DNA from: an uncultured Hyphomicrobiales bacterium
GTDB taxonomy: Bacteria; Bacteroidota; Ignavibacteria; Kapaibacteriales; UBA2268
DNA length: 64,000 nt
Direction: 5' to 3'
Assembly: GCA_964637845.1 (NCBI GenBank)
Contig: CAZWXI010000001.1
Location: 18,762-82,761 of the forward strand
The notes below the pieces were generated by a model. It made no database searches. It was not told the origin of the DNA and saw only the letters and a list, made by a program, of their open reading frames with translations. Positions 33,963 to 44,354 of this stretch are shown in pieces. The position numbers and the translations under genes were made by a program. Positions within the stretch are counted from its first letter, which is position 1. Each line of letters starts with the position of its first letter.

Positions 33963-34862
33963 ATGAAAAATATTACTGCTCCATATAGTTTCGATTGGGC
34001 TAAATCAAAGCTTGCCATAATTGCCGAATTGAGTAAAGTTCGAATAACATTTTTCGTAGCAATATCCGGTACTGTCGGCTATATTTTGGCGGGTGGTACG
34101 TTTGGAATTGAACTAATAATGACATTGTTGGGTATTTTCATTTTATCTTGTGGCTCATCGGCTTTCAATCATTTTCAAGAAATTGAAACCGATGCAATGA
34201 TGATACGCACTAAAAATCGTCCCCTTCCCGCTAAGAAAATTTCCAAACACGAATCTGCAATTTGGGCATCTGCTTTTGTTCTCGTTGGGCTTGTAATGCT
34301 TGCCACATTTACCAACCCCGTTTCAACCATACTTGGTGTTGCTGCATTGGTAGCCTATAATTTAATGTACACACCATTAAAAAAACTTACAGCCTTCGCA
34401 ATTTTCCCTGGTTCTATTGTTGGTGCTCTACCTCCCGCCATAGGTTGGATTGCCGCAGGCGGTTCGCCGTTTGACCCGAAATTGATCGTGCTTGCAATGT
34501 TCTTCTTCATTTGGCAAATTCCGCATTTTTGGTTTCTTATGCTGATTTATGACAACGATTACAAAAGAGCTGGATTCCCGACTCCATCGAAATATTTCTC
34601 AGCCGAACAATTAAAGAGGATTACATTTGTTTGGATTGGAGCTTTGGCGGCATCATGTATGATGTTACCTTTTTTCGGAGTAACTCACAATTTATTGACA
34701 AATCTTTTGTTGTTGACTGCCGGTGGAGTTTTACTTTGGCGAACACGTTCACTTGTTGCGAAATTTGACAAACATTTCAATCTAAAACTTGCTTTTGTTG
34801 ATATTAATGTTTATGTGCTATTTGTGGTAGTTTTACTATCAGTTGATAAAATTATAAATTGA
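33963..34862 (+). CDS. ctaB: Protoheme IX farnesyltransferase (heme O synthase)
   Basis: UbiA-family polytopic protein with NHFQEIETDAMMIRTKNRPLP. Confidence 0.9.
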   Translation: MKNITAPYSFDWAKSKLAIIAELSKVRITFFVAISGTVGYILAGGTFGIELIMTLLGIFILSCGSSAFNHFQEIETDAMMIRTKNRPLPAKKISKHESAIWASAFVLVGLVMLATFTNPVSTILGVAALVAYNLMYTPLKKLTAFAIFPGSIVGALPPAIGWIAAGGSPFDPKLIVLAMFFFIWQIPHFWFLMLIYDNDYKRAGFPTPSKYFSAEQLKRITFVWIGALAASCMMLPFFGVTHNLLTNLLLLTAGGVLLWRTRSLVAKFDKHFNLKLAFVDINVYVLFVVVLLSVDKIIN

Positions 34863-34886
34863 ATAATCTAATTCGAGGTTAATAAA

Positions 34887-36239
34887 ATGGAATTTTTGGA
34901 CAAGCTTGTAATACCACAACCCGATTATAATTTAAATTTACTGAATTATTTTTTAATACTCGGGTTGTCAATTTTTATGACATATGCCGCATTGTTGCTC
35001 GGTAGCACCTTGATGTCGGTTTATTTCAAGAATAAAAGCGCATCACACAAAGATAATTTCGCTAAACTTTCTCGCGATTATATAAGTTTGGTGACTGATA
35101 ACTGGATTTATGCTTTTGGGCTTGGGATTATACCATTTTTGTCCATAATTTTTATATATACTCAATTACTACACAAGCAGCCCGTAGCAATTGTGAGCTA
35201 TTTGACTTTTTCGTTCATTCTGTTTCTTATTGCCATTATCTTAGCGTATCGCTATAAAAAATCTTTACATTTGATCAATGTTTTTACACATATCAAAGAA
35301 AAAATATCCATTAGTGATGATATAATTACCGATATAGATAACTTGTCTAATGAAGCTGAGTCTGGGAAAAATAGAACAGGCACATGGTCAGCCATTTTGA
35401 TGTTCATAGCATTGTGGTTTTTCGTTGGGGCCATATCCTTTGCTATGACTCCTGACGAATGGTGGTATGGAAACGCATTGAGCGTTTTATTTTCCGGGAA
35501 TAGTATCTTAAAGTTTTTACAATTTTTGGCCGCCACTTTTGCCTTTACGTCCATCACATTTGTATTTAGAAAGTTTTTTTGGGATTCTGATTCGACAAGT
35601 TATTCGCAGGATTATGCTGAATATGCAAAGAAAACAAATCTCTGGGTTGGAATGATTTCATCGATGTTACTTCCGGTCTTTATAGTTTTATCCCTTTTTG
35701 TAATACCTAAGAATTCCTTAAATCCTGCGATTTTTGGAGCAACAATGCTCAACTTATTTTTGGTCATAGTAGTCTTACAGCAGATTTATTTTGTGCTTAA
35801 AGGTCGCAGTAATAGTTTTATTAAATATGCGTTCTATTCATTTATAGTTATTTTCGCACTTTTAGCTTTTAAGGATAAAACAGCTTTCAGCGTTGCAAAT
35901 CGCTCTCATGTATTAGTTCTGGACCAAGAATATAAGATTTATAAAGAAGCTTTTCTCGCAAGTCTCGGTATCGAAGCCGCGCCTATAAATGCTTTCGAAA
36001 TATATAGTGGACGATGCGCAGCTTGCCATAGAGATGAAGACGCACCTACTGCACCGGCACACAAAAATATCATCCAAAAATATCTTGACCAAGCTGACCC
36101 AGTAGCCGCACTGGTGCAGTTTATCCAAAATCCGCAACCTGTAAACCCAAAATGGCCCCCAATGCCTAATCAAGGTCTTACAACTCAAGAAGCTAAAGCT
36201 GTTGCAGAATATCTTGTTGAAAAATATTCAGTAAAATAG
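34887..36239 (+). CDS. Uncharacterised polytopic membrane protein (~9-10 TM) fused to a C-terminal monoheme cytochrome c domain
   Basis: Hydrophobic helices across aa 20-330. The C-terminal ~90 aa have CAACH and a later PMP Met candidate. It is the last gene of the oxidase operon. Confidence 0.6.
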   Translation: MEFLDKLVIPQPDYNLNLLNYFLILGLSIFMTYAALLLGSTLMSVYFKNKSASHKDNFAKLSRDYISLVTDNWIYAFGLGIIPFLSIIFIYTQLLHKQPVAIVSYLTFSFILFLIAIILAYRYKKSLHLINVFTHIKEKISISDDIITDIDNLSNEAESGKNRTGTWSAILMFIALWFFVGAISFAMTPDEWWYGNALSVLFSGNSILKFLQFLAATFAFTSITFVFRKFFWDSDSTSYSQDYAEYAKKTNLWVGMISSMLLPVFIVLSLFVIPKNSLNPAIFGATMLNLFLVIVVLQQIYFVLKGRSNSFIKYAFYSFIVIFALLAFKDKTAFSVANRSHVLVLDQEYKIYKEAFLASLGIEAAPINAFEIYSGRCAACHRDEDAPTAPAHKNIIQKYLDQADPVAALVQFIQNPQPVNPKWPPMPNQGLTTQEAKAVAEYLVEKYSVK

Positions 36240-36265
36240 TTCGCTAAATTAGTTTATCAAAAAAA

Positions 36266-36297
36266 TCCCAAAACTTTTTGGGACTTTTCATTTTATT
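36266..36297 (+). terminator. Putative rho-independent terminator ending the respiratory operon
   Basis: Hairpin TCCCAAAA/TTTTGGGA (36266-36283), followed by a T-rich tract. Confidence 0.5.
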
Positions 36298-36401
36298 TTT
36301 GATGAATTTTTATTTAATCGGTATAATTACTGATTTTATATTTCGACTTTTTTGTACGTTTGTATCATTAAGAGTATGTATAATTTTTTTTTGGAGTTTT
36401 G

Positions 36402-36839
36402 ATGAAGAATCTGCTGCTTTTATTGATAGTCGGTACTTTTGTATTTGTAGGTTGTAGTGATGCACCCGTAAATTGGAATGACGCTAAAAATCATCCGCAA
36501 CCCATAGTGTATGATGGGGACCCCGGTGATAGCGAAGACTACACGCCTTGTACCACTGAAAACGAGCAATTCCGGAAATTCTTAGATGATGTTGCAACTG
36601 CATTAGGCATTGATTTATACGAAGTCATGCTTAACGACGAAGCACTCAGTTGTGCTTTTTTAGCTTGTTTGGAATCGCATTATAAGAATCACGGAGCCTT
36701 TGTAAGTTGCATTGCCCACTTGACAAACGACATGATGAAAGTAGGTATTATCACAGGAAAACAAAAGGGTGTGATTCAAAGTATAGCCGCTCAATCTGAT
36801 ATCGGCAAACCTGTTAAATCGAAAGGAAAGAAAAATTAG
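36402..36839 (+). CDS. Hypothetical lipoprotein
   Basis: Lipobox FVGC after the signal peptide. GGAG lies 5 nt upstream of the ATG at 36402 (the track start at 36399 is TTG). Flanked by hairpin terminators on both sides. Confidence 0.55.
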   Translation: MKNLLLLLIVGTFVFVGCSDAPVNWNDAKNHPQPIVYDGDPGDSEDYTPCTTENEQFRKFLDDVATALGIDLYEVMLNDEALSCAFLACLESHYKNHGAFVSCIAHLTNDMMKVGIITGKQKGVIQSIAAQSDIGKPVKSKGKKN

Positions 36840-36860
36840 ATACAATTTCTCAAATTTCAA

Positions 36861-36887
36861 AAGAGGCTTTCTCATAGAAAGCCTCTT
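36861..36887. terminator. Bidirectional hairpin terminator between convergent genes
   Basis: Perfect 11-bp stem AAGAGGCTTTC / GAAAGCCTCTT with loop TCATA. T-rich on the plus-strand 3' side and A-rich on the 5' side. Confidence 0.65.
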
Positions 36888-36902
36888 CTTATTTTTCACA
36901 AA

Positions 36903-38021
36903 TTATAGGTATTGAACGATTGCATCTGCCATTTCAAGTGTCGAAGCGTTTGCCCCCATGTCGTAAGTACGAACTTTGCCATCAGCTACTACCTTTGCTA
37001 CAGCATTTTCAAGCCGTGTACCCATTTCCTTCTCCCCAAGCCAATCAAGCATCATCTTTGCCGCAAGAATTGTTGCAATCGGGTTAACTTTATACTGTCC
37101 AGCATACTTTGGTGCAGAACCATGTGTCGGCTCAAAAACTGCAAGTTTTTGCCCAATATTACCAGAGCATGCAAAACCTAATCCGCCGACCATTTGAGCG
37201 CATAAATCCGAAATTATATCACCATAAAGATTAGGGGCAACCAAAACGTCATATCTTTCAGGATTTTTCAATAACCACATTGTCATCGCATCAATATTGC
37301 CTTCATCAAATTGTATTTCAGGAAATTCTTTGGCGACCCTTTTCCCCGCTTCAAGGAACATGCCGTCAGTGGCACGTACAACATTTGCCTTGTGGATGAC
37401 AGTTACTTTCTTTCTTCCGTTAGTTTTCGCATATTCGAAAGCAGTTCTTATTATACGCTCACAACCCTGAACGGTGTTGATTTTGCATGATATTGCATAT
37501 TCATCGCCTTTTAAACCACCAAACTTTGCGAATGGTTTAGATATTCTCCGGAATAAGTCGGCGAGTTCATCGGGAACCGGTTGAAACTCAACACCTGCGT
37601 AAAGGTCTTCGGTATTCTCTCGAAATACCACAATATCAATATCATCTTTTAAGTTGAGCGGGTTGCCCTTGTAAGCTTTCGTCGGGCGGAAGCAATTGTA
37701 AAGGTCAAATAATTGCCTCATTCTAACGATTGGTGAGCGATAGATCAAACCTGTGCCCTTTAATTCAGGGATAAGCTCATTTTCAGCTTCTTTCACGGGC
37801 TTGGATGTAATTGCTCCAAACATTGCCGCATCGACCCCTTTCAGCAAATTAATGGTTCTTCCCGGTAGTGCGTCACCTTCTGTACGCCAAAATTCCCAAC
37901 CGATATCACCATGAATATACTCAGCTTTAAAGCTCAGCTTGTCCAACACAATTTTTGCCGCTTCAAGCACTTCAATGCCAACTCCATCGCCTGGCAACCA
38001 TGCTATTTTGTAAGTTTTCAT
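36903..38021 (-). CDS. Isocitrate/isopropylmalate dehydrogenase family protein
   Basis: GDGVGIEV N-terminus, RENTEDLY, NLYGDIISD, and GSAPKYAG-type motifs. AGGAG precedes the second ATG at 38021; the alternative start is 38033. Confidence 0.85.
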   Translation of the reverse strand: MKTYKIAWLPGDGVGIEVLEAAKIVLDKLSFKAEYIHGDIGWEFWRTEGDALPGRTINLLKGVDAAMFGAITSKPVKEAENELIPELKGTGLIYRSPIVRMRQLFDLYNCFRPTKAYKGNPLNLKDDIDIVVFRENTEDLYAGVEFQPVPDELADLFRRISKPFAKFGGLKGDEYAISCKINTVQGCERIIRTAFEYAKTNGRKKVTVIHKANVVRATDGMFLEAGKRVAKEFPEIQFDEGNIDAMTMWLLKNPERYDVLVAPNLYGDIISDLCAQMVGGLGFACSGNIGQKLAVFEPTHGSAPKYAGQYKVNPIATILAAKMMLDWLGEKEMGTRLENAVAKVVADGKVRTYDMGANASTLEMADAIVQYL

Positions 38022-38161
38022 CTTACTCCTCATTTTTCAGTATTTATAAATTAATTTTTTTGTAAATTGCATCAATGCAAGTTGCAATATATAGATTAGA
38101 ACTTTAATGGTAAAGAAAATTCGGATGTTTGAGTTATTAATTTGCAATAAAGGGGGATTTT

Positions 38162-38953
38162 ATGCTAAGAACGATAGCTGTAATATGCACTTTGCTAATA
38201 TTGGCAACAAGTTTATTTTCACAATATTATGAAATTCACTGCAAACATTTTATTTACGGTTATCCGGTAGGTTCACCAATAACCAACGATTTAATCATCA
38301 GAGACTCATATGCATTGAGTAGTAATGACTCGACAAAGTTTGCCGATTGGGTTTGTTATATTTTGGATTCTGCGACAATCAACGGTCCGAGCTTATCCGA
38401 AAGGCAATGGAAAGCAGACCCCTGGCTTGATGATGATGAAACTCTTGAACACGAAGATTACCGTGGAGCAAACGAATTTTTAAATGTTGACAGAGGGCAC
38501 CAGGCACCACTCGCGAATTTCAAAGGCAATAGAGATTGGTTTACAACTAATTATTTATCAAATATAACACCACAAGACTCTAAATTGAATCGTGGTATTT
38601 GGAAAAATTTGGAAGATTTGGAAAGAAAAATTGTAGTTCGTTACAAAGAAGTTTATGTCATGACTGGGCCTCTATTTGAACGTAAAATGCCCACACTTCC
38701 TAATGCTGATGAACCACACGTAATTCCAAGTGGTTACTGGAAAATAATTGTAGTTCAGATGCAAAAAGAGGGTCTATGGTTAGCGGCTTTTATCTTCGAC
38801 CAAAAACAACACCCATCCAACAAACTTGTTGATTATTGTGTTTCAGTCAGAGAAATCGAACGTCGTACGGGTTTGAATTTCTTTAACTTACTAGAAACAG
38901 ATTTGCAGGACGAAATCGAGATAAAAAAGGATTGCTCTTGGTTGTTCAATTGA
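38162..38953 (+). CDS. Secreted DNA/RNA non-specific endonuclease
   Basis: Signal peptide and active site DRGHQAPLA with a downstream NITPQ...N motif. SD AAGGGGGA upstream. Confidence 0.85.
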   Translation: MLRTIAVICTLLILATSLFSQYYEIHCKHFIYGYPVGSPITNDLIIRDSYALSSNDSTKFADWVCYILDSATINGPSLSERQWKADPWLDDDETLEHEDYRGANEFLNVDRGHQAPLANFKGNRDWFTTNYLSNITPQDSKLNRGIWKNLEDLERKIVVRYKEVYVMTGPLFERKMPTLPNADEPHVIPSGYWKIIVVQMQKEGLWLAAFIFDQKQHPSNKLVDYCVSVREIERRTGLNFFNLLETDLQDEIEIKKDCSWLFN

Positions 38954-38959
38954 TTGTCG

Positions 38960-41900
38960 TTACCAACTGCTTCCGAATTTTATTTTTACTTCCCAATTTT
39001 TAGAGTCTTTGGTAATTATTGTTGTATTCTGAGTCGTTGCTTTGGTCACTTGGAGAACGAAATTTGACCAAAATGGATTTTTCAAAAATTCAGATGCCGG
39101 AATATCAATTGTAATTTCATTATTTGATGACAAATCCGCAATTGTCCCACCAATAGTCCAACTGATACCACCATATATTTGTCCTGAAATTTTGAGTGTT
39201 GCTTGCTCAAAATTCATGGTATTGCCACCAAAATTGAATTCTGCACTTTTTATTACGCCAGTATTCATAAGCATTTCTGTCAAAGCTTTTGTAGCAAAAC
39301 TCGAAAATCCCGAAGTAAATCCTTCAGATAATAAATCGGTTGATGCATCTGAACCGGTCTTTGTTCTTCCCATAACGAGCAAGAACAATGCATCTTCATT
39401 TATTTGTTCATCCGAACCTGATGCTTCAACACCATCAATGAAATATTTGAATTTTATATCGGGCAACTCCTTAGTGCCAGTAATATACATTCGAACTTCG
39501 AATCTCCTACTCTTTCCGTCCTGAAGCATCGTACCTGTATGCCATGCTTCAAGATTCAACGAAGGATTCTCAATTGAACCCGCCGGGAATTGCACTGTGC
39601 CCGAGGTATAGAATTGTTTAATAAATTTTAGAGTTGAATTCTCTTTAACTAGAACCTCACCATAAAGTTTTGCTTCTTCGGAATCCCTAGTCTTTTGATA
39701 TAATAATGGTACATTTCGGTCGGGTGTACCGATTTCAGCATACATCTCACCCAACAAATTCATATCCATCAATACTGTAAATTGCCCAAGCATCTTAATT
39801 CTCAAATCATAGTTTATCAAATCGGCAATGTTTCTTTCAGATACTCTACCGATTCTTTTTGATGATTGCTCATCTTCGACGTTTTCTATGTTTTGTTCTG
39901 TCTGAGTGATTGTTTTTATCCTATGAATGTCACCTATGATTTCATATTCTAAATTTGTTCTAACAGTCTGTCTCTTTTGCTGTAGAGGCATTTTGATTTC
40001 GGCATACATTATATTAATATCACCCGTCAAATTTGGTTCAGTCAAGGTTCCACTGAAACGAATAGGATTTATGTCGGTAGAGATAATGAAATCACCGTAT
40101 AAATCGGGCATCGTAGCGATACTGTTATCGCTCAGCACAAGCAATCTATCCGCAAAAATAGATATATCCAAGAGTTTAGGCATAAACTTATCATCCATAT
40201 CAACGAATCCCATTATTTCGGCTTTTCCTAATCTGCCGAAACGTGAGTCAGTATTCACATTTCGTAGATTAAGTTGCGCAATTGAAATTCTCGAATTGTC
40301 AACATAGACTTCTGTTTCGGCATTATATTCAATATTGGTAGCTTCAGTACGAAATTTTATTGCTTTTGACTTGATATTTCCCGAATAAACCGGCTTTTGG
40401 CTAAGTACACCACCGAGTTTTAAACTAATATCGGCTCTGCCCCTAATGTCATCTAAACCCGGTACAAAAGGAGATAGAAATTCCAGCGGGAATGAGCGAG
40501 CATTTAATAAAATATCACTTTTTTTCTTGGACTGAATTTCGCCTTTTAGCGTGTCCAAACCAATATAAATAGGTAAATAATTAATTGCAAGGTTCATCAG
40601 TTCCATATTCGTCCTGCCAAGCTCATATCGCAAAAAAACATTGCCCGATATATAGTCCTTGTCATGTTTTATATTAGCGCTTAAAGTCCCTATATAATGC
40701 TGGTTTATGTGAATACTGTCGCTGTAGAAATCGGTTTTGATTATGGGTTCGAATACATTATTGCTAATATTTATCTTGAGCGAGTCAACATTGAATTTTA
40801 GCATTTCGAATTGATTTTGAGTTTCCTCACTGGAAAAATGTAGAAAGTCTTTAATCGGGATATTGTATAATGCTATATTTATGTTTTCAAGTTCATCACC
40901 GTTTTTGGTGCCGCGCAATTCTATGGTTTCTGCGTTCTGACGGCGTAATTTGAATTTATCAATGGTTATGATATTTCCTCTTGAACTAAGGTTAATTTCA
41001 CCTTGGGAGTTCCAAACAAAATTATCAGTGTAATTGAATGTTAATGAGTCAAACCTAAATTTTATTACTTCGTCAGCGAGAGTTATTCTGCCTGTAGTCT
41101 TTACTCCAAAATCTTTATTAGCTTTACCGTTGAGCAAGAAATCCATATTTTCACCATCAAATCGAAGCGAGCTTTTCAAGTCATTCACCGTTAAATCATT
41201 CAAACGACCTTCACCGCCCTGCGATATATCCAATTCAAAAAATTCGAATACAGGTAGTGAATCTATCAAATTTGACACGAGTCGCCCATTTATTGCAAAT
41301 TGTGGTAATCTGAGACGCAAATCCGGCATAGTCATGTCAAAATATTTGATTTCTAGACTGTCTATTAAAACAGACATGCTAGACTTAGTAGAGATAATTT
41401 GTAGTTCGAAATCCATTTTTGTGAAAATGAGCATATCGTCGAGAAAAATGTTTAAAGGTGATATATCCTTAATTCTCGAGTTGAATTTACCATTTATAAG
41501 TGGAAATGTATCAGTTTTCTCAATTTTAAAAATTGAGGTTGTATCTTTGACGGCTTTCAATTCAGGGTTTAATGCAGTGATCTTCTTTGCCATGAAATCA
41601 GCCAAAAATGTTCCTTGATAACCTAATGCAAAAAGCAAATCACCAAGCCTATAGCTACCAATAAATGAGGCTTCTAAAAAGTCTGAATTAACAGCAAACT
41701 CTGTTTCGTCGGCTTCTCTCTTGATTGACAAATCAACTTCAAACGGCATCAATGCACGGTCATCAAAAAGTGTCTCTTCAAAAATGAAATTATATGTGCC
41801 CGCAAGCGAATCCAGCAGCAAACCCTCGCCCGCAAGCTCTATACGCCCCGTAATATGATTAGGCATCTGAGAGTTGTTGAGAATTTTCGCTAAATTAACA

Positions 41901-43552
41901 GATTTAAACGCAGAACGTATTTCGTATTTTGGTTGGTCTAACTCTGCGAAATCAAGCACCCCCGAAAAATGTATTGACGAGTATTTGTCGTCGAAAATTT
42001 CAAATTCTTTAAATTCAGTATCCTTTTTTGTATCCAGCCATAACGCAATATCAAGAGTATCAATATGTATCAAACTGTTGCCCAAAGAATTCACCGAAGC
42101 ATTTAATTGATGGATGTTATAGTTCATAAATTGAGAATTTGACAAGCTCAGTGAAAAATCAAATTTAAGATTTGAAATTTCGGTTCCGCTACCGCTAAAC
42201 TTTGTCATACCCGTTAAACTACTTTTGAATCTCGGTTCGTTAAGGATAGGATGGAGATTAACTCGAGTAAAAGCTAAGTTCCCTGAATAGAAAAGCACTT
42301 CCTTTAAATTTACTGCCGCAAAACCAGACACCGAACCAATACTTGTCGAAATATTCATATTCGCAAACACTGAATCGGCAAATCCTTTTAAATATAGCGA
42401 TTTTAGTTTAGCTTCTCCAAAATTCGGTACATCCTTAAGCTCTAAACTTGGTAAAGTATTAATAATATCATTACGTTGAATTAATGATTCATCAAGACTT
42501 AACTCATAGCTGAAATTATCAAAATTCAATAAGTTATACACTTTTCCTGAAACGTTCACTTCGGAATTAGGTAATTCAAGCTCTAGAAAATGTATTGACA
42601 TATCATCGAGCGTCCCTGAGAAATCTATATCAACCTTATCCAGTACTTGTAACTCAATTGGTATTTTCTCAAAATAGCTTATGAAATCACTATTAATGTT
42701 CTTGATTTTAAGTTTAATATCAAAAACTGCATCTTCAATTCTCGGCTCTTTTTCAGTGAAAACATTAAAATTCTTCATAGCTATATCGCCCATGAGGTAT
42801 TGCTCATTTGATGCGAAGTCAATATCTTTCAGAGATAGAACGTTTTTATTCGCCGTTGCCTTAAACTTGAATTTATCAATACTTAACCCGGTAAAATACT
42901 CTTTACCGGCGAATTGTTTCATTTTCAATTCAAAATGATTTTTATGGATTATAGCGTTTACTTCGGCTTTGAATGATAGGTCACCAAATCCAAATCGCTC
43001 AAAATCAATTTGTCGCCCGAAATTGCGTGCTAAGGTAGAATCATACATAAAGAAGCTCGCATTCTTCATGATTAAATTGTTTATTTTTAAGGTTAACTCC
43101 GAACTTATAGTATCGGGGGGAGTATCTAGAGGCTTGGCTATTTTATCGTAATTCCATAGGCTGTCTCTATTACTCCGGAATAGCTTGATGGTTGGCTCGA
43201 TAAGTTCCAAATTATCAACTGAGATTCTGTTGCGAAATAAATCAGAAATGTCAAATTTGACCTTAATTTCCGGTATAGCCGCTAAAGTATCGCCAGATGT
43301 AATCAAAGTCACCGAATACAACTTAATTCCATCAAGAAGACTGATTTGCAAATCACCAATGCTGATTTCGGCAAGTAGTTCGTTGTTGACAATGCTTGTA
43401 ATTTTTAACAAAGCAAATGAACGAAAAAACTGAAACTGAACAAGAATGAGAATCAATGACATGAAGATAATGAAGGCAAGAAGTAAAATAAGAGATAGTC
43501 TTCTTATTTTCATACCAAAAGTTTTCTTTTTCTTTGTTTCATTTTCGTTCAT
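38960..43552 (-). CDS. tamB: Translocation and assembly module protein TamB-like (1530 aa)
   Basis: N-terminal TM anchor, a very long repetitive beta-rich body, and a DUF490-like C-terminus. Assigned by size and architecture only. Confidence 0.7.
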   Translation of the reverse strand: MNENETKKKKTFGMKIRRLSLILLLAFIIFMSLILILVQFQFFRSFALLKITSIVNNELLAEISIGDLQISLLDGIKLYSVTLITSGDTLAAIPEIKVKFDISDLFRNRISVDNLELIEPTIKLFRSNRDSLWNYDKIAKPLDTPPDTISSELTLKINNLIMKNASFFMYDSTLARNFGRQIDFERFGFGDLSFKAEVNAIIHKNHFELKMKQFAGKEYFTGLSIDKFKFKATANKNVLSLKDIDFASNEQYLMGDIAMKNFNVFTEKEPRIEDAVFDIKLKIKNINSDFISYFEKIPIELQVLDKVDIDFSGTLDDMSIHFLELELPNSEVNVSGKVYNLLNFDNFSYELSLDESLIQRNDIINTLPSLELKDVPNFGEAKLKSLYLKGFADSVFANMNISTSIGSVSGFAAVNLKEVLFYSGNLAFTRVNLHPILNEPRFKSSLTGMTKFSGSGTEISNLKFDFSLSLSNSQFMNYNIHQLNASVNSLGNSLIHIDTLDIALWLDTKKDTEFKEFEIFDDKYSSIHFSGVLDFAELDQPKYEIRSAFKSVNLAKILNNSQMPNHITGRIELAGEGLLLDSLAGTYNFIFEETLFDDRALMPFEVDLSIKREADETEFAVNSDFLEASFIGSYRLGDLLFALGYQGTFLADFMAKKITALNPELKAVKDTTSIFKIEKTDTFPLINGKFNSRIKDISPLNIFLDDMLIFTKMDFELQIISTKSSMSVLIDSLEIKYFDMTMPDLRLRLPQFAINGRLVSNLIDSLPVFEFFELDISQGGEGRLNDLTVNDLKSSLRFDGENMDFLLNGKANKDFGVKTTGRITLADEVIKFRFDSLTFNYTDNFVWNSQGEINLSSRGNIITIDKFKLRRQNAETIELRGTKNGDELENINIALYNIPIKDFLHFSSEETQNQFEMLKFNVDSLKINISNNVFEPIIKTDFYSDSIHINQHYIGTLSANIKHDKDYISGNVFLRYELGRTNMELMNLAINYLPIYIGLDTLKGEIQSKKKSDILLNARSFPLEFLSPFVPGLDDIRGRADISLKLGGVLSQKPVYSGNIKSKAIKFRTEATNIEYNAETEVYVDNSRISIAQLNLRNVNTDSRFGRLGKAEIMGFVDMDDKFMPKLLDISIFADRLLVLSDNSIATMPDLYGDFIISTDINPIRFSGTLTEPNLTGDINIMYAEIKMPLQQKRQTVRTNLEYEIIGDIHRIKTITQTEQNIENVEDEQSSKRIGRVSERNIADLINYDLRIKMLGQFTVLMDMNLLGEMYAEIGTPDRNVPLLYQKTRDSEEAKLYGEVLVKENSTLKFIKQFYTSGTVQFPAGSIENPSLNLEAWHTGTMLQDGKSRRFEVRMYITGTKELPDIKFKYFIDGVEASGSDEQINEDALFLLVMGRTKTGSDASTDLLSEGFTSGFSSFATKALTEMLMNTGVIKSAEFNFGGNTMNFEQATLKISGQIYGGISWTIGGTIADLSSNNEITIDIPASEFLKNPFWSNFVLQVTKATTQNTTIITKDSKNWEVKIKFGSSW

Positions 43553-43556
43553 AATA

Positions 43557-44273
43557 TTATAACGTATTAAAAAATCTTTTGTCTATTAGAAGTGGATTAA
43601 CAGGGCTTTCAACAGCCCCTTCAATAAACAACGGCATACCTGAAAAATAATATGCTCCTTCGGGTACATGTGCCAAATTTAACAGTTCAAATATTATGCC
43701 TTTTTGGAAAATTATATTATGTATGGGGCGAACAGACTTCCCGGGCTGATAGTCAGTAGATTTCCATGATGTGCCAAATAAATGAAATCCGGGGATATTT
43801 GCTAAATAATCAGCCGCTTCTTCATTTAGTACTAATATGTAATCATCGCGGTGATAACCTTCTTCATTAGTCGGACAATTCTTGGTTGTAATTAAAATTT
43901 TCGGTGGAATGCTATCGGTGCATACATCTTGCAACTTGTCAGTCAGTTCCTTTAAGGTGATAACTTTTTTATACAAAAGGTGAGAATCTGCTACTTTTTC
44001 GTAATCATTATCAAATCTCAAGACGACAGCTTCTCCAAAAAAGAACTCGGGATGATTTCTTATGTAGATGCTTAAATCATCAACTGATTCGTTAGTATGT
44101 AAAGGCGATTCGACATGTGTTAAACTATGCGGCTTAAAAACATGCTCATCATAATTTACAGGTGGTAATTTGTCCTTTTCAAGTTTGTATATGGTTCTAC
44201 GAAAATAAGGCTGACCTTCGTTCCATAATCCTTTCACACGATTGCTGATTTTATTACCGATTACGTAAATCAT
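43557..44273 (-). CDS. Cyclase family protein (kynurenine formamidase-like fold)
   Basis: Motif HSLTHVESPLH fits the cyclase-family HxGTHxDxPxH pattern. ATG at 44273; the track start at 44303 is TTG. Its stop lies 4 nt before the tamB start. Confidence 0.5.
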   Translation of the reverse strand: MIYVIGNKISNRVKGLWNEGQPYFRRTIYKLEKDKLPPVNYDEHVFKPHSLTHVESPLHTNESVDDLSIYIRNHPEFFFGEAVVLRFDNDYEKVADSHLLYKKVITLKELTDKLQDVCTDSIPPKILITTKNCPTNEEGYHRDDYILVLNEEAADYLANIPGFHLFGTSWKSTDYQPGKSVRPIHNIIFQKGIIFELLNLAHVPEGAYYFSGMPLFIEGAVESPVNPLLIDKRFFNTL

Positions 44274-44354
44274 AATTTCAATGATAATAAAAAAGTGCCT
44301 CAAAACTTTTTGGAATTAACCAACTATAATTTCTGAGACAAAAATTATTGATTA

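Noticed and set aside
36302-36455. Small hydrophobic ORF starting at 36302 in the spacer before the lipoprotein gene.
   Set aside because: Careful translation shows it runs out of frame into the lipoprotein gene. It has no SD and no recognisable features.
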